Origin: a virus
Direction: 5' to 3' (one strand)
Length of the DNA: 64,000 bases
Virus record (IMG/VR): IMGVR_UViG_3300020370_000002
Location: 18,806 to 82,805 of that record
Part shown: positions 55,681 through 64,000 of the stretch, one piece after another
How positions within the stretch are numbered: the first letter of the stretch is position 1
Layout of the letters: each line of letters begins with the position of its first letter
Made by a program: the position numbers and the translations under genes
The notes under the pieces: generated by a model
Databases searched by the model: none
What the model saw: only the letters and a program-made list of their open reading frames with translations
Told to the model about the DNA's origin: nothing

Positions 55681-56135
55681 CAGTTTATGGTATAGCATAC
55701 GTAGACGCAGAGGGTCACATAGACTCTTTTTATATACCTGGCCCCACGGGTTATCCTGAAGAAGGAACCTCCGAGGCTGACAACACAAAAACAATCGTTC
55801 ATGTAACAGACGAAGTTACAGATATGTCAAGCTTTGTAAAATATAAATATTACAAAGATGGTATATGGAAAAGCCGTACAGGACCTCCCGCAGATTATTA
55901 TAACTGGAAAGATGAAGCTTGGGTTCTTGACTCTACGGAACTCTTTTTGCAACTAAGAAAGGAAAGAGATTTAAGACTTTACCAATGTGATTGGACACAG
56001 CTAGATGACTCTAAACTCAGCATGACAAAGAAGGGGGAGTGGGCAGAGTATAGACAAGCTCTTCGTGAAGTTCCACAAACTAATGGCGACGCAAAGTTAT
56101 TAAGCGAGGTAGTTTGGCCAGATAAACCATCATAG
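55677..56135 (+). CDS. Tail fibre assembly chaperone
   Basis: LRKERDLRLYQCDWTQL.D...W..YRQALREVP...WPDKP. Confidence 0.8.
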   Translation: MTVYGIAYVDAEGHIDSFYIPGPTGYPEEGTSEADNTKTIVHVTDEVTDMSSFVKYKYYKDGIWKSRTGPPADYYNWKDEAWVLDSTELFLQLRKERDLRLYQCDWTQLDDSKLSMTKKGEWAEYRQALREVPQTNGDAKLLSEVVWPDKPS

Positions 56136-56146
56136 AAAAATAATTC

Positions 56147-56175
56147 TTGACATTTAATCCCCTTTTGAGTATAAT
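56147..56175 (+). promoter_or_regulatory. Sigma70-type promoter, leaderless start
   Basis: TTGACA-17-TATAAT-6 nt-ATG. Confidence 0.85.
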
Positions 56176-56181
56176 TTCCCC

Positions 56182-56643
56182 ATGGCTAAAGAAGTAACAA
56201 CAATTTCTCCGGAAGGACTTGAAGTAGCAAACTCGTATCTCACTCTTGGGAATATTCGGGGTGTTTGCGAGCAGCTGCAAGTTGACGAAAAGAAGGTTGT
56301 TGATATATTAAATAAACGAGAAGTAAAGAAGTACATTGATACTGTTTACCTCGACACGGGGTATAGAAACAAAAATAACATTGGCTCTTTACTAGATGAG
56401 ATGATACAATCAAAGCTCGATGAAGCACAGGAAAGCGGTGTGTACTCCAGCAAAGACTTAGCTGACTTACTACAAATGGCTCACAAAATGCGAATGGATG
56501 AAATCAAAGCTCAAGCAGACCTTGAGAAAGCATCCGCTTCCAACATCAAGAATCAGACGAATGTTCAGATAAATGATGGTGTACCGTTCGGTCAGGGTAA
56601 CTACGGCAAGCTAATGGATAAACTACTCAATGGAACAGCCTGA
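56182..56643 (+). CDS. terS: Terminase small subunit (T5-like)
   Basis: ISPEGLEVANSYL, DTGYRN, KLDEA; upstream of terL. Confidence 0.75.
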   Translation: MAKEVTTISPEGLEVANSYLTLGNIRGVCEQLQVDEKKVVDILNKREVKKYIDTVYLDTGYRNKNNIGSLLDEMIQSKLDEAQESGVYSSKDLADLLQMAHKMRMDEIKAQADLEKASASNIKNQTNVQINDGVPFGQGNYGKLMDKLLNGTA

Positions 56644-56830
56644 TTTGAATGAAATATACACAAAGTTTGCCGCTCACGAAGTTCAGTGTGAAGAGCGATG
56701 GAAAACTATTTTTGCCCGTCTTGAGCGTATGGACGCAAAGATGGACAGACTACAAAATATGCTCATGGGAGCAACTGGAACCGTAATTTTATTTTTAGGA
56801 GGAATTATTATAACGCTACTTAACTCGTAG
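56630..56830 (+). CDS. Coiled-coil + TM small protein
   Basis: HEVQCEERW...; C-terminal TM. Confidence 0.6.
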   Translation: MEQPDLNEIYTKFAAHEVQCEERWKTIFARLERMDAKMDRLQNMLMGATGTVILFLGGIIITLLNS

Positions 56831-56859
56831 CCGACGCTGCAAAGCGTAGAGATAATGAT

Positions 56860-57303
56860 GTGGAACCAATCACAGCCGCAGTGGCGGCTTTGGGTGCGCT
56901 AAAACAGGGTGTAAAAGTCGGTAAAGAGTTACACGATATGGCCGCAGATATAGGCAAACTCTGGGGCGGAATAGATGCAGCCAGGGGAGCGCACACCAAA
57001 AAGAAGAAAGGTCAGATACTCTCTGTAGAAGAGGAAGCATTACAAACTTTTGCAGCAAAACGAAAAGCAGATGAAATTGAGAAGGAACTTCGAGAGTTTA
57101 TCATCTATACTTTGGGTGGAGCAGCCTGGTCTCAGTTAATTGAAATCCGAGGGCAAGTAAGAAAACAGCGAGCTGAAGCGGCCCTCGCGGAACAACGAAA
57201 ACGACGAAAAGCCGTTGAAGGTACACTTATTACAGCCACAGTTATATTTTGTGGATTTGCTATATACTGGATGGGCTACGTAGTTATAAACAAGGGGTTT
57301 TAA
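56860..57303 (+). CDS. Helical protein with C-terminal TM
   Basis: MEPITAA start; architecture shared with 57331..57783. Confidence 0.6.
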   Translation: MEPITAAVAALGALKQGVKVGKELHDMAADIGKLWGGIDAARGAHTKKKKGQILSVEEEALQTFAAKRKADEIEKELREFIIYTLGGAAWSQLIEIRGQVRKQRAEAALAEQRKRRKAVEGTLITATVIFCGFAIYWMGYVVINKGF

Positions 57304-57330
57304 TGCAAGGTTCTGTTTGGGAGAACGCTA

Positions 57331-57783
57331 GTGATTGGGGAGGTCGCAGCAGTTTTAAGTGCCCTCAAGGCACTGAACGACGGTATTCAGACTATAAAGC
57401 AGTCCGCGGGAAACGCAGGTGATTTACAATCACTTATTGGTAGATACGCAGGCGCTTCAGAAAAGTATAGGGATGTAGAAAAAGCAAGAACAGGGCGAAT
57501 GAGCTACAAAGAAGCTCTCGCCATGGAAAGTGCCAAGAGACAACTATTAAACTTTGATAGACAATTAAAAGACATATGCTTGATGCAGGGTCAAGGTGAC
57601 CTGTATAATTCAATAAAGACTCGAATGGAAGAGTCACGGATAGCCCACGAAAAAGAACTTGTACGTCTTCGAGCAAGACGCAGAGAAATAAAGAAGTATA
57701 TAAGCTGGGCAAGTATGGGCATACTTTGTTGGGTTTTTTCAATGGCAATGGTTTGGCTGATAATAGCCATATGGGAAGCATAA
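57331..57783 (+). CDS. Helical protein with C-terminal TM
   Basis: MIGEVAA start; basic patch before the TM. Confidence 0.6.
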   Translation: MIGEVAAVLSALKALNDGIQTIKQSAGNAGDLQSLIGRYAGASEKYRDVEKARTGRMSYKEALAMESAKRQLLNFDRQLKDICLMQGQGDLYNSIKTRMEESRIAHEKELVRLRARRREIKKYISWASMGILCWVFSMAMVWLIIAIWEA

Positions 57784-58074
57784 ATGCCGGCAACAAAATT
57801 AAATGAAACAACAGAACTTGCAATCCCACTTAAAAACCTCATAGGTTTAGTGGCGTTCACAGCAATATCTGTCTGGGGGTATACGTCAATCACAGAGCGA
57901 ATAACCTTTCTGGAACATGATGTAGACCTAATAAAAGAAGACGTAAAAGAAAACGAAGAGTGGATTGATACCTTTACTCCTCCTCCAGAAGTACGAGATA
58001 CGGTAAATAGAGTGAGAGAGCTAGAGTTACAAATCAAAGAGCTGAAGGTTAAACTTCAGGAAAGGGAGTATTGA
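57784..58074 (+). CDS. TM + coiled-coil protein
   Basis: IPLKNLIGLV...WGY..ITERI. Confidence 0.6.
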   Translation: MPATKLNETTELAIPLKNLIGLVAFTAISVWGYTSITERITFLEHDVDLIKEDVKENEEWIDTFTPPPEVRDTVNRVRELELQIKELKVKLQEREY

Positions 58075-58075
58075 T

Positions 58076-58138
58076 ATGTGTATTATTTGTGGATGTAGTC
58101 CGTGTGTATGTGGAGGTTTCAAATGCCAAAAGGTGTAG
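58076..58138 (+). CDS. 20-aa Cys-rich peptide
   Basis: GGGAG RBS; MCIICGCSPCVCGGFKCQKV. Confidence 0.35.
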   Translation: MCIICGCSPCVCGGFKCQKV

Positions 58139-58194
58139 GATATCCTAAAAAGAAGAAGAAGCGTGGTAAGAAAAGGAAAAAGCCGTCTTACTAA
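58123..58194 (+). CDS. 23-aa highly basic peptide
   Basis: GGAGG RBS; MPKGVGYPKKKKKRGKKRKKPSY. Confidence 0.55.
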   Translation: MPKGVGYPKKKKKRGKKRKKPSY

Positions 58195-58414
58195 ACTTTT
58201 AAAACGTTTTGACAAAATGATGAAAAGCGGGTTACTTACAAAAGTGACCAAGAAGGTGAGCAAAGGCATGAGGAAAACATACCGAGGAAAAAGAGCACCG
58301 AAAGGCTACCACTTTATGCCTGGCGGCAGACTAATGAAAGACTCTGCCCATAAGAGGAAGAAGCGTGGCGGTAAGAAGAAAACGAAAACCCGCAAGAAAA
58401 AGCGGGGGTACTAA
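58163..58414 (+). CDS. Basic small protein (start may be 58268)
   Basis: APKGYHFMPGGRLMK motif; K/R-rich. Confidence 0.55.
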   Translation: MVRKGKSRLTKLLKRFDKMMKSGLLTKVTKKVSKGMRKTYRGKRAPKGYHFMPGGRLMKDSAHKRKKRGGKKKTKTRKKKRGY

Positions 58415-58682
58415 GCGCAAAGCAAAGCCATTAAGTGCAAGCGTTAAGAAAACTCTTCAAGCAAAAGCAAAAAGAAGTAAGCGTTATACTTATGGACAAC
58501 TAGCACGCGTTTACAGAAGAGGACAGGGAGCGTATCTTAGCTCTGGCTCCCGTCCAGGTGTGTCAATGTCACAGTGGGCATTTGGTCGTGTAAACTCTTT
58601 TATGAGAGGCGGGCACTCACAGGACAACGACATAAAGAGAAAGAGACGTGGCACGAAAACGAAGAAGCGTACCAAAAGATAA
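58365..58682 (+). CDS. Basic small protein
   Basis: VYRRGQGAYLSSGSRPG...QWAFGRVNSF. Confidence 0.7.
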   Translation: MAVRRKRKPARKSGGTKRKAKPLSASVKKTLQAKAKRSKRYTYGQLARVYRRGQGAYLSSGSRPGVSMSQWAFGRVNSFMRGGHSQDNDIKRKRRGTKTKKRTKR

Positions 58683-58887
58683 AAAGACCAGAGTACCTAA
58701 AAAGTATTTAGGAGGCACCAAGGGTTCTAAAAGGTCACAGCTTGCCGCAGTTCTTAAAAGAATTTCAGCATTATATAAAGCGGGAAAGACTGTCCCAAGA
58801 TCGCTAATCAAGCAACGAATAGCGTTAGGAAAGGCGAATGGCACACGCAAAAAGAGGAAAAAGTCTGCTAAAAAGAGCAGGCGTTAG
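58648..58887 (+). CDS. Basic small protein
   Basis: KDKKTRVPKKYL; K/R-rich. Confidence 0.6.
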   Translation: MARKRRSVPKDKKTRVPKKYLGGTKGSKRSQLAAVLKRISALYKAGKTVPRSLIKQRIALGKANGTRKKRKKSAKKSRR

Positions 58888-59134
58888 AGGCTACAATAAG
58901 CCTAAGCGCACGCCTCGACACCCGAAGAAGTCGCACATTGTGGTAGCAAGAGTAGGGCATAAAGTAAAGACTATTCGTTTTGGTCAGCAAGGTGCTAAAA
59001 CCGCAGGTAAGCCAAAGAAAGGCGAGAGCCAAGCGATGAAAAGAAAAAGAGCCTCATTTAAAGCTCGGCACAGAAAGAATATTGCAAGAGGTAAAATGAG
59101 CGCGGCCTACTGGGCCAACAAAGTGAAATGGTAA
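58838..59134 (+). CDS. Basic small protein
   Basis: NKPKRTP.HPKKSH.V...IRFGQQG...SFKARH...SAAYWANKVKW. Confidence 0.75.
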   Translation: MAHAKRGKSLLKRAGVRGYNKPKRTPRHPKKSHIVVARVGHKVKTIRFGQQGAKTAGKPKKGESQAMKRKRASFKARHRKNIARGKMSAAYWANKVKW

Positions 59135-59135
59135 T

Positions 59136-59188
59136 CTCGTTCATCCTTTAAGGACGGAAGTAAGGAGCACTTAGCCTGAAGGAACGCC
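59136..59188 (+). promoter_or_regulatory. Glutamine riboswitch (glnA motif / glutamine-I class)
   Basis: CGTTCA-TCCT TTA AGGA-CGGAAGTA-AGG...CCT-GAAG-GAACG: P1 CGTTC/GAACG, P2, E-loop and P3. Confidence 0.8.
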
Positions 59189-59213
59189 AGACACGGCTAA
59201 AAGGAGAGATACT

Positions 59214-59267
59214 ATGAAAGAAGTAACTTTAGTCTATCGTGGTGTTACATACACTAAAAAGGTATAG
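59214..59267 (+). CDS. 17-aa YRG peptide (DUF4278/downstream-peptide-like)
   Basis: AAGGAG RBS; MKEVTLVYRGVTYTKKV. Confidence 0.75.
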   Translation: MKEVTLVYRGVTYTKKV

Positions 59268-59280
59268 GGAGAGGTAAAAT

Positions 59281-59871
59281 ATGGATATACTTTTAGAACT
59301 TGCAACAACTTTTTGGCAATGGAGCGTAGTAATCGTTCTAATTTTAATTGGTTTTATAATCAGTTGGTTTGACGGCCAAGGAGAAGAACGTGTAGGTTTT
59401 AAAATGCCCTTTGGTATGCCCGTATTACAACCTATACCAATAGAAACAAAAGACAAAGGGTTTTGGAAAGGGATTCTTCTGTGGCTTCTTGGTAAAAGAC
59501 AGTGGGAGGTCGCAGAAGACTTCTGGTTTAAACTAGACGGAGAAACCTACATGATTCCCGCAGGATTTCAGTTTGACGGGGCTTCTGTACCAAAGTTTCT
59601 TGCTACCTTTCTTTCGCCTGTAGGAGTTTTACTTATGGGTGGTTTAGTACATGATTATGGGTACAAGTACGCAACTTTAATGAGAGATGACGGTACTAAT
59701 ATTGGTTATAGAGACCAAGCGTACATGGACAGACTTTTTCGAGATATATGCATCGAAGTAAACGGGTTTAAATTTTTAAACTATCTTGCCTACTGGTCAC
59801 TTCGCCTTGTTGGCTTTGTGGCTTGGAACGGGCACAAAAAGAGAGGTACGCATACTGAGGAGAGCGCATGA
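59281..59871 (+). CDS. DUF1353-like protein with N-terminal TM
   Basis: IPAGFQFDGASVP, GLVHDYGY, D.LFR. Confidence 0.8.
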   Translation: MDILLELATTFWQWSVVIVLILIGFIISWFDGQGEERVGFKMPFGMPVLQPIPIETKDKGFWKGILLWLLGKRQWEVAEDFWFKLDGETYMIPAGFQFDGASVPKFLATFLSPVGVLLMGGLVHDYGYKYATLMRDDGTNIGYRDQAYMDRLFRDICIEVNGFKFLNYLAYWSLRLVGFVAWNGHKKRGTHTEESA

Positions 59872-60101
59872 GTGAAGAAGGTAAGAATAAATACCAGAAG
59901 TGGATTGATTTAGCAGAAGCTGTAGATAGCTGGAGAATATTTCCACGAGCATTTTTAAGCGTGTATATCTTTCTTCTCTACTACAGCACAATGTGGTTTA
60001 TGGCCTTAGAAGCACCAAGCCTTGAACAGTCGGGCCTTATATCAATTATCGTGGGTGCGGGTGCTGCATGGTTCGGATTATATACAGGAAGTAAAAAGTA
60101 A
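59868..60101 (+). CDS. Two-TM membrane protein (holin candidate)
   Basis: DSWRIFPR...WFM.L..P..EQSGL...GAGAAWFGLY. Confidence 0.6.
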   Translation: MSEEGKNKYQKWIDLAEAVDSWRIFPRAFLSVYIFLLYYSTMWFMALEAPSLEQSGLISIIVGAGAAWFGLYTGSKK

Positions 60102-60110
60102 GAGGCCACT

Positions 60111-61415
60111 ATGGCAATAGAGATTAGTCGAGCGGATATTATTTCGCAAGAGCTATTAGAGTTACAATCTGAGACAAGGTTTCTCAAATTACCAGTAGAT
60201 CCCTACTTGGAGCTACTCGGCATAACGCCCCTTGCTAGTCAAGTGGCGATCATAAATGCGATTAATAATCCGAAATACCGTTTTGTATGTGCGGCTGTTT
60301 CGAGAAGGCAGGGTAAAACCTACATCGCAAACATAATCGGGCAGCTAGTTTCGCTAGTTCCCAACTCAAACATACTCATAATGTCCCCCAACTATGCCTT
60401 GTCTCAGATTTCTTTTGATCTTCAAAGAAATCTGATAAAGCACTTTGATTTAGAAGTTGCGAAAGACAATGCAAAAGATAAGGTAATAGAACTAACAAAT
60501 GGATCCACAATTCGAATGGGAAGTGTTAATCAGGTTGATAGCTGTGTTGGTCGTAGCTACGACCTTATCATCTTCGATGAGGCTGCTTTGGCCGATGGCA
60601 GGGATGCTTTTAACGTAGCCCTACGCCCCACGCTGGATAAAGACAATTCAAAAGCAATCTTTATAAGTACCCCCAGAGGAAAAAACAACTGGTTTTCAGA
60701 CTTTTTCTACAGAGGCTTTTCAGATGAATTTAAAGAATGGGCGTCTATTCGAGCTACTTATAAGGATAATCCTCGCATGTCTGAGACGGATATTGCGGAA
60801 GCTCGAAAATCTATGTCCGAGGCTGAGTTTCGACAAGAGTATGAAGCAGATTTCAACACATACGAAGGACAAATTTGGAACTTTAATCACGAAGAATGTA
60901 TTGGAAACTTCGACGAGATTGACACCTCAAAGATGGATGTCTTTGCGGGCTTGGATGTCGGTTACCGAGACCCTACGGCCTTTTGTGTAATTGGCTATGA
61001 CTGGGATGAAGAAAAGTTTTACTTACTGGATGAGTACTTAGATGCCGAACAAACAACAGAAACTCACGCAAAAGAAATTCAAGCACGAATTGATAAATGG
61101 GGTATTGACTATATTTATATCGATTCTGCTGCGCAGCAAACACGATTTGACTTCGCACAAAACTATGACATATCTACTATTAACGCAAAGAAGTCCGTTC
61201 TCGATGGAATCGCGCAGGTAGCTGGAATAGTAGATAATGATAAATTACTTGTTGAACAGACTTGTAAAGAATCCCTCTCTGCGTTAGATCAGTACCAGTG
61301 GGACCCCAATCCCAACCTAATGAAAGAGAAACCGAAACACAACTATGCATCGCACATGGCGGACGCGTTAAGGTATGCATTATACTCATTTGAGACTTCG
61401 GCAATAAGTTTTTAG
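60111..61415 (+). CDS. terL: Terminase large subunit
   Basis: SRRQGKT, IFDEAA, ISTPRG, FRQEYEA, GLDVG, HMADALRYA. Confidence 0.96.
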   Translation: MAIEISRADIISQELLELQSETRFLKLPVDPYLELLGITPLASQVAIINAINNPKYRFVCAAVSRRQGKTYIANIIGQLVSLVPNSNILIMSPNYALSQISFDLQRNLIKHFDLEVAKDNAKDKVIELTNGSTIRMGSVNQVDSCVGRSYDLIIFDEAALADGRDAFNVALRPTLDKDNSKAIFISTPRGKNNWFSDFFYRGFSDEFKEWASIRATYKDNPRMSETDIAEARKSMSEAEFRQEYEADFNTYEGQIWNFNHEECIGNFDEIDTSKMDVFAGLDVGYRDPTAFCVIGYDWDEEKFYLLDEYLDAEQTTETHAKEIQARIDKWGIDYIYIDSAAQQTRFDFAQNYDISTINAKKSVLDGIAQVAGIVDNDKLLVEQTCKESLSALDQYQWDPNPNLMKEKPKHNYASHMADALRYALYSFETSAISF

Positions 61416-61437
61416 GATACCTGGTCAAAAATAATAT

Positions 61438-61466
61438 TTGACATGATACCCCAAACTAGGTATAAT
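61438..61466 (+). promoter_or_regulatory. Sigma70-type promoter for head genes
   Basis: TTGACA-17-TATAAT. Confidence 0.85.
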
Positions 61467-61500
61467 TCTATCATTGAAAAATTAGAAATCCAAGAACCTA

Positions 61501-61866
61501 ATGGTCACACTTAAACGAGATATAGTAAAATATATTCGAGACAAAGCGAAGAATAAGTACGATAAAGGTTCGGAGTGCTACATTTGTGGAGCAACAGAGA
61601 AACTTGACTTTCACCACTATTACACGTTAGCGCCCCTAGTACATAAATGGGTTCGGGAAAATGACTTAAATCCTATGTACGTTCTTGCTTTCAGAGAAGA
61701 CTTTATAGAGGACCACCACGACGAATTATACGTACATGCGGTTACTCTATGTCATACGCACCATAGACAATTACATAAAGTATACGGACGAGACCCAGGC
61801 CTTGGAACAGCAAACAAGCAGAAGCGCTGGGTAGAGATACAAAGAGAAAAACATGGCATGGTATGA
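61501..61866 (+). CDS. HNH nicking endonuclease (T5-like)
   Basis: CYICG...DFHH...TLC..HH..LH; lies between terL and portal as in T5. Confidence 0.85.
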   Translation: MVTLKRDIVKYIRDKAKNKYDKGSECYICGATEKLDFHHYYTLAPLVHKWVRENDLNPMYVLAFREDFIEDHHDELYVHAVTLCHTHHRQLHKVYGRDPGLGTANKQKRWVEIQREKHGMV

Positions 61867-63064
61867 CAGATTCTTAGGCAGGGAAGACGAGGAAAAAGCT
61901 AATCCCGCACAGTCGCTATTAGGAGGGACTTCCGAGAGTACTCGAGAGCCTACTATAAGCTATGAGCGACAATACGAAGAATTAGAAATTGTCAACCGTG
62001 CAGTTAATATGATTGTTGATGACGCTGCAGAAATTCCTTCTACAATATTAGGCTCTAGGCGTCAAACAGGAATTATAAAAAACATAAAAAGAGCAAAAGT
62101 TAATCAGCTCTTAAATGTAGAACCAAACTTATTTCAAGATATAAATACATTTAAGCGTAACTTAATAACGGACTTTATACTAGATGGAAATATTTTTATA
62201 TACTACGATGGAGCACATTTGTACCATCTTCCTTCAAGTAAAATGTCTATTGAAGCAAGCGAAAGCACCTATGTAGAAAAATATACTTTCTCTCAGTCTA
62301 TAGACTATAGCCCAAAAGAAATCATTCATATAAAAGAAAATTCTTTTTATTCTATTTACAGAGGAGTACCTAGACTTAGTCCAGCCTTGAGAACTATGCA
62401 GTTAATTGGCTCAATGAGAAAGTTTCAAGATAATTTCTTTAAAAACGGTGCAGTTCCAGGATTAGTTTTAAAAAGCCCTAATACTCTTTCTGAAAAGATC
62501 AAAGAGAGAATGATACAATCATGGAGTGTAAGGTATAGGCCCGAAGGCGGAGGAAGGCGCCCTTTAATTTTAGATGGCGGCATTGAAGTTGATTCTCTTT
62601 CTAATACTAACTTCAAGGATTTGGACTTTCAGAATTCAATATCAGAAAATGAAAAAATTATACTTAAAGCTCTTGGCGTACCACCCATATTACTTGATTC
62701 AGGTAATAATGCAAATATAAGACCAAACTTAAGATTGTACTATTTAGAGACGATACTCCCAATAGTGCGAAAAATAAACTTTGGGTTTGAAAGATTTTTT
62801 GGGTTTGAAATTAAAGAAGATATTACAGATATCCCCGCTTTACAGCCAGAGTTAAGAGACCAATCAGCGTATTATACCTCCCTAGTAAACGGTGGTATAA
62901 TAACTATAAACGAAGCAAGAGAGCAGCTAGGTTTTGAACCTATTGCTGGTCAAGACGAAGTAAGAGTTCCTGCAAATATAGCAGGGAGTGCAGCAAACCC
63001 AGACGAAGGGGGAAGGCCTGCCGAATCAGAAGAAACTATAACCGAAGATGGAGAGGAAGAATAA
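61853..63064 (+). CDS. Portal protein (HK97 family)
   Basis: PNLFQ, LDGN, IIHIK, FFKNGAVPG, LGVPP, INEARE.LG. Confidence 0.95.
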   Translation: MAWYDRFLGREDEEKANPAQSLLGGTSESTREPTISYERQYEELEIVNRAVNMIVDDAAEIPSTILGSRRQTGIIKNIKRAKVNQLLNVEPNLFQDINTFKRNLITDFILDGNIFIYYDGAHLYHLPSSKMSIEASESTYVEKYTFSQSIDYSPKEIIHIKENSFYSIYRGVPRLSPALRTMQLIGSMRKFQDNFFKNGAVPGLVLKSPNTLSEKIKERMIQSWSVRYRPEGGGRRPLILDGGIEVDSLSNTNFKDLDFQNSISENEKIILKALGVPPILLDSGNNANIRPNLRLYYLETILPIVRKINFGFERFFGFEIKEDITDIPALQPELRDQSAYYTSLVNGGIITINEAREQLGFEPIAGQDEVRVPANIAGSAANPDEGGRPAESEETITEDGEEE

Positions 63065-63376
63065 ATGGCGGGATCGTCAGTACAAAAGAAAAAAATGGCA
63101 GTTACAATGGCCATGTATTTCGCAGAGAATGGTTATCTTCCAACTCCAAAAGAATTCTCGAACGACCCCATTAGACCACCAGAAATAAAAATATCAACTA
63201 TACGAAAAATATTTGGTTCTTGGTCGATAATGGAGAAATATACGAGATCATTTTGTCCCGACATTATGCGTGGACTTACTAATGTAAAGCCTAAAATAAT
63301 CGATCCTTTAAAGGAGCTAAACAAGGCACAGACCGCAGAAGCGGAAAAAGAGGGGGCAAATGGAAAAAGTATTTAA
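63065..63376 (+). CDS. Hypothetical protein
   Basis: IRKIFGSWS motif; lies between portal and protease. Confidence 0.55.
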   Translation: MAGSSVQKKKMAVTMAMYFAENGYLPTPKEFSNDPIRPPEIKISTIRKIFGSWSIMEKYTRSFCPDIMRGLTNVKPKIIDPLKELNKAQTAEAEKEGANGKSI

Positions 63377-64000
63377 TCTCACCTCTACTTTTAAGTCTCA
63401 TACTGAAGAAGATGGTAGTGTTATGATTCGAGGTATGGCTAGTACCAATGACTTTGATCGCGCGGGCGATTCAATTTCAACTGATGCTTGGACTAAAGGT
63501 GGATTAAACAATTTTGAAAAGAACCCTATTATTCTTTTCAATCATGATTACAACAGACCTATTGGTAGAGCTACTGGTTTAAAAACTACTGCCAATGGAC
63601 TGGAGCTGACTGCTAAGATAAGCAAAGCAGCAAAAGATGTTGTAGATTTAGTTAAAGACGGTGTTCTTGGGGCCTTTTCTGTTGGTTTCCGAGTCAAGGA
63701 CGCTGATTATATCGAGGAAACCGACGGTTTAAAGATAAAGGACGCTGAGTTGTTTGAGGTATCGGTAGTATCTGTACCATGTAATCAATCAGCTACTTTT
63801 TCACTGGCGAAGTCTTTTGACTCCATGGCGGAGTACGAAGAGTTCAAAAAAACTTTCACTAATAGTGACGGGGCGCAAGTCCAAAAGGAGATAACAATGT
63901 CTGAAGAGACAACTCAACCCGTTGACTTGGAAGCTTTTGCTAAAAAAGTAGCTGAGGAAACTGCTGCTAAGATAGCCATGAAGCAAGCCGAGCAAAAAGC
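63360..64000 (+). CDS. HK97-type prohead protease fused in frame to a scaffold/capsid region (3'-truncated)
   Basis: DRAGD, LFNHD..RPIG, AFSVGF, LFEVSVVSVPCN; no stop before the window end; internal AAGGAG + ATG at 63897. Confidence 0.9.
   Translation, partial: MEKVFNLTSTFKSHTEEDGSVMIRGMASTNDFDRAGDSISTDAWTKGGLNNFEKNPIILFNHDYNRPIGRATGLKTTANGLELTAKISKAAKDVVDLVKDGVLGAFSVGFRVKDADYIEETDGLKIKDAELFEVSVVSVPCNQSATFSLAKSFDSMAEYEEFKKTFTNSDGAQVQKEITMSEETTQPVDLEAFAKKVAEETAAKIAMKQAEQK

Noticed and set aside
1-64000. Prophage or host chromosomal DNA (suggested by iscU, rpsU, ppk2 and parS)
   Set aside because: These genes are embedded in T5-like synteny with uniform phage promoters; no integrase, repressor or host operons are seen.

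Overview
The window is about 64 kb of a lytic T5-like siphophage genome (Demerecviridae-like gene order). It is probably marine, and a Gammaproteobacterial host is inferred from IscU, bS21 and the Fur/parS-type sites. 1-18.9 kb (+): central tail fibre/J protein and a large modular side-fibre cluster. 19-44.4 kb (-): T5-type replication block (nrdAB, D15, D14, D13, D12, D11, D10, PolA, primase, helicase, D5, split NAD ligase, D3, D2) with inserted auxiliary genes (phoH, iscU/iscA, tRNA-Trp, DUF5664, thyX) and lysis genes. 44.5-50.7 kb: accessory region with bS21, two MazG-like genes, PPK2, an ArfA-like microprotein, A2-like paralogs and two unannotated structured ncRNA candidates. 50.7-53.4 kb: a GC-richer, T5 pre-early-like segment flanked by a repeat/promoter array plus parS site at one end and a Fur-box palindrome plus GC hairpin (possible genome end) at the other. 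53.4-64 kb (+): distal tail-tip module, terS, basic microproteins, a glutamine (glnA-type) riboswitch upstream of a 17-aa YRG peptide, terL, HNH nickase, portal and a protease fused in frame to a scaffold-like region. All family assignments come from motif and synteny recognition by eye; no searches were run.
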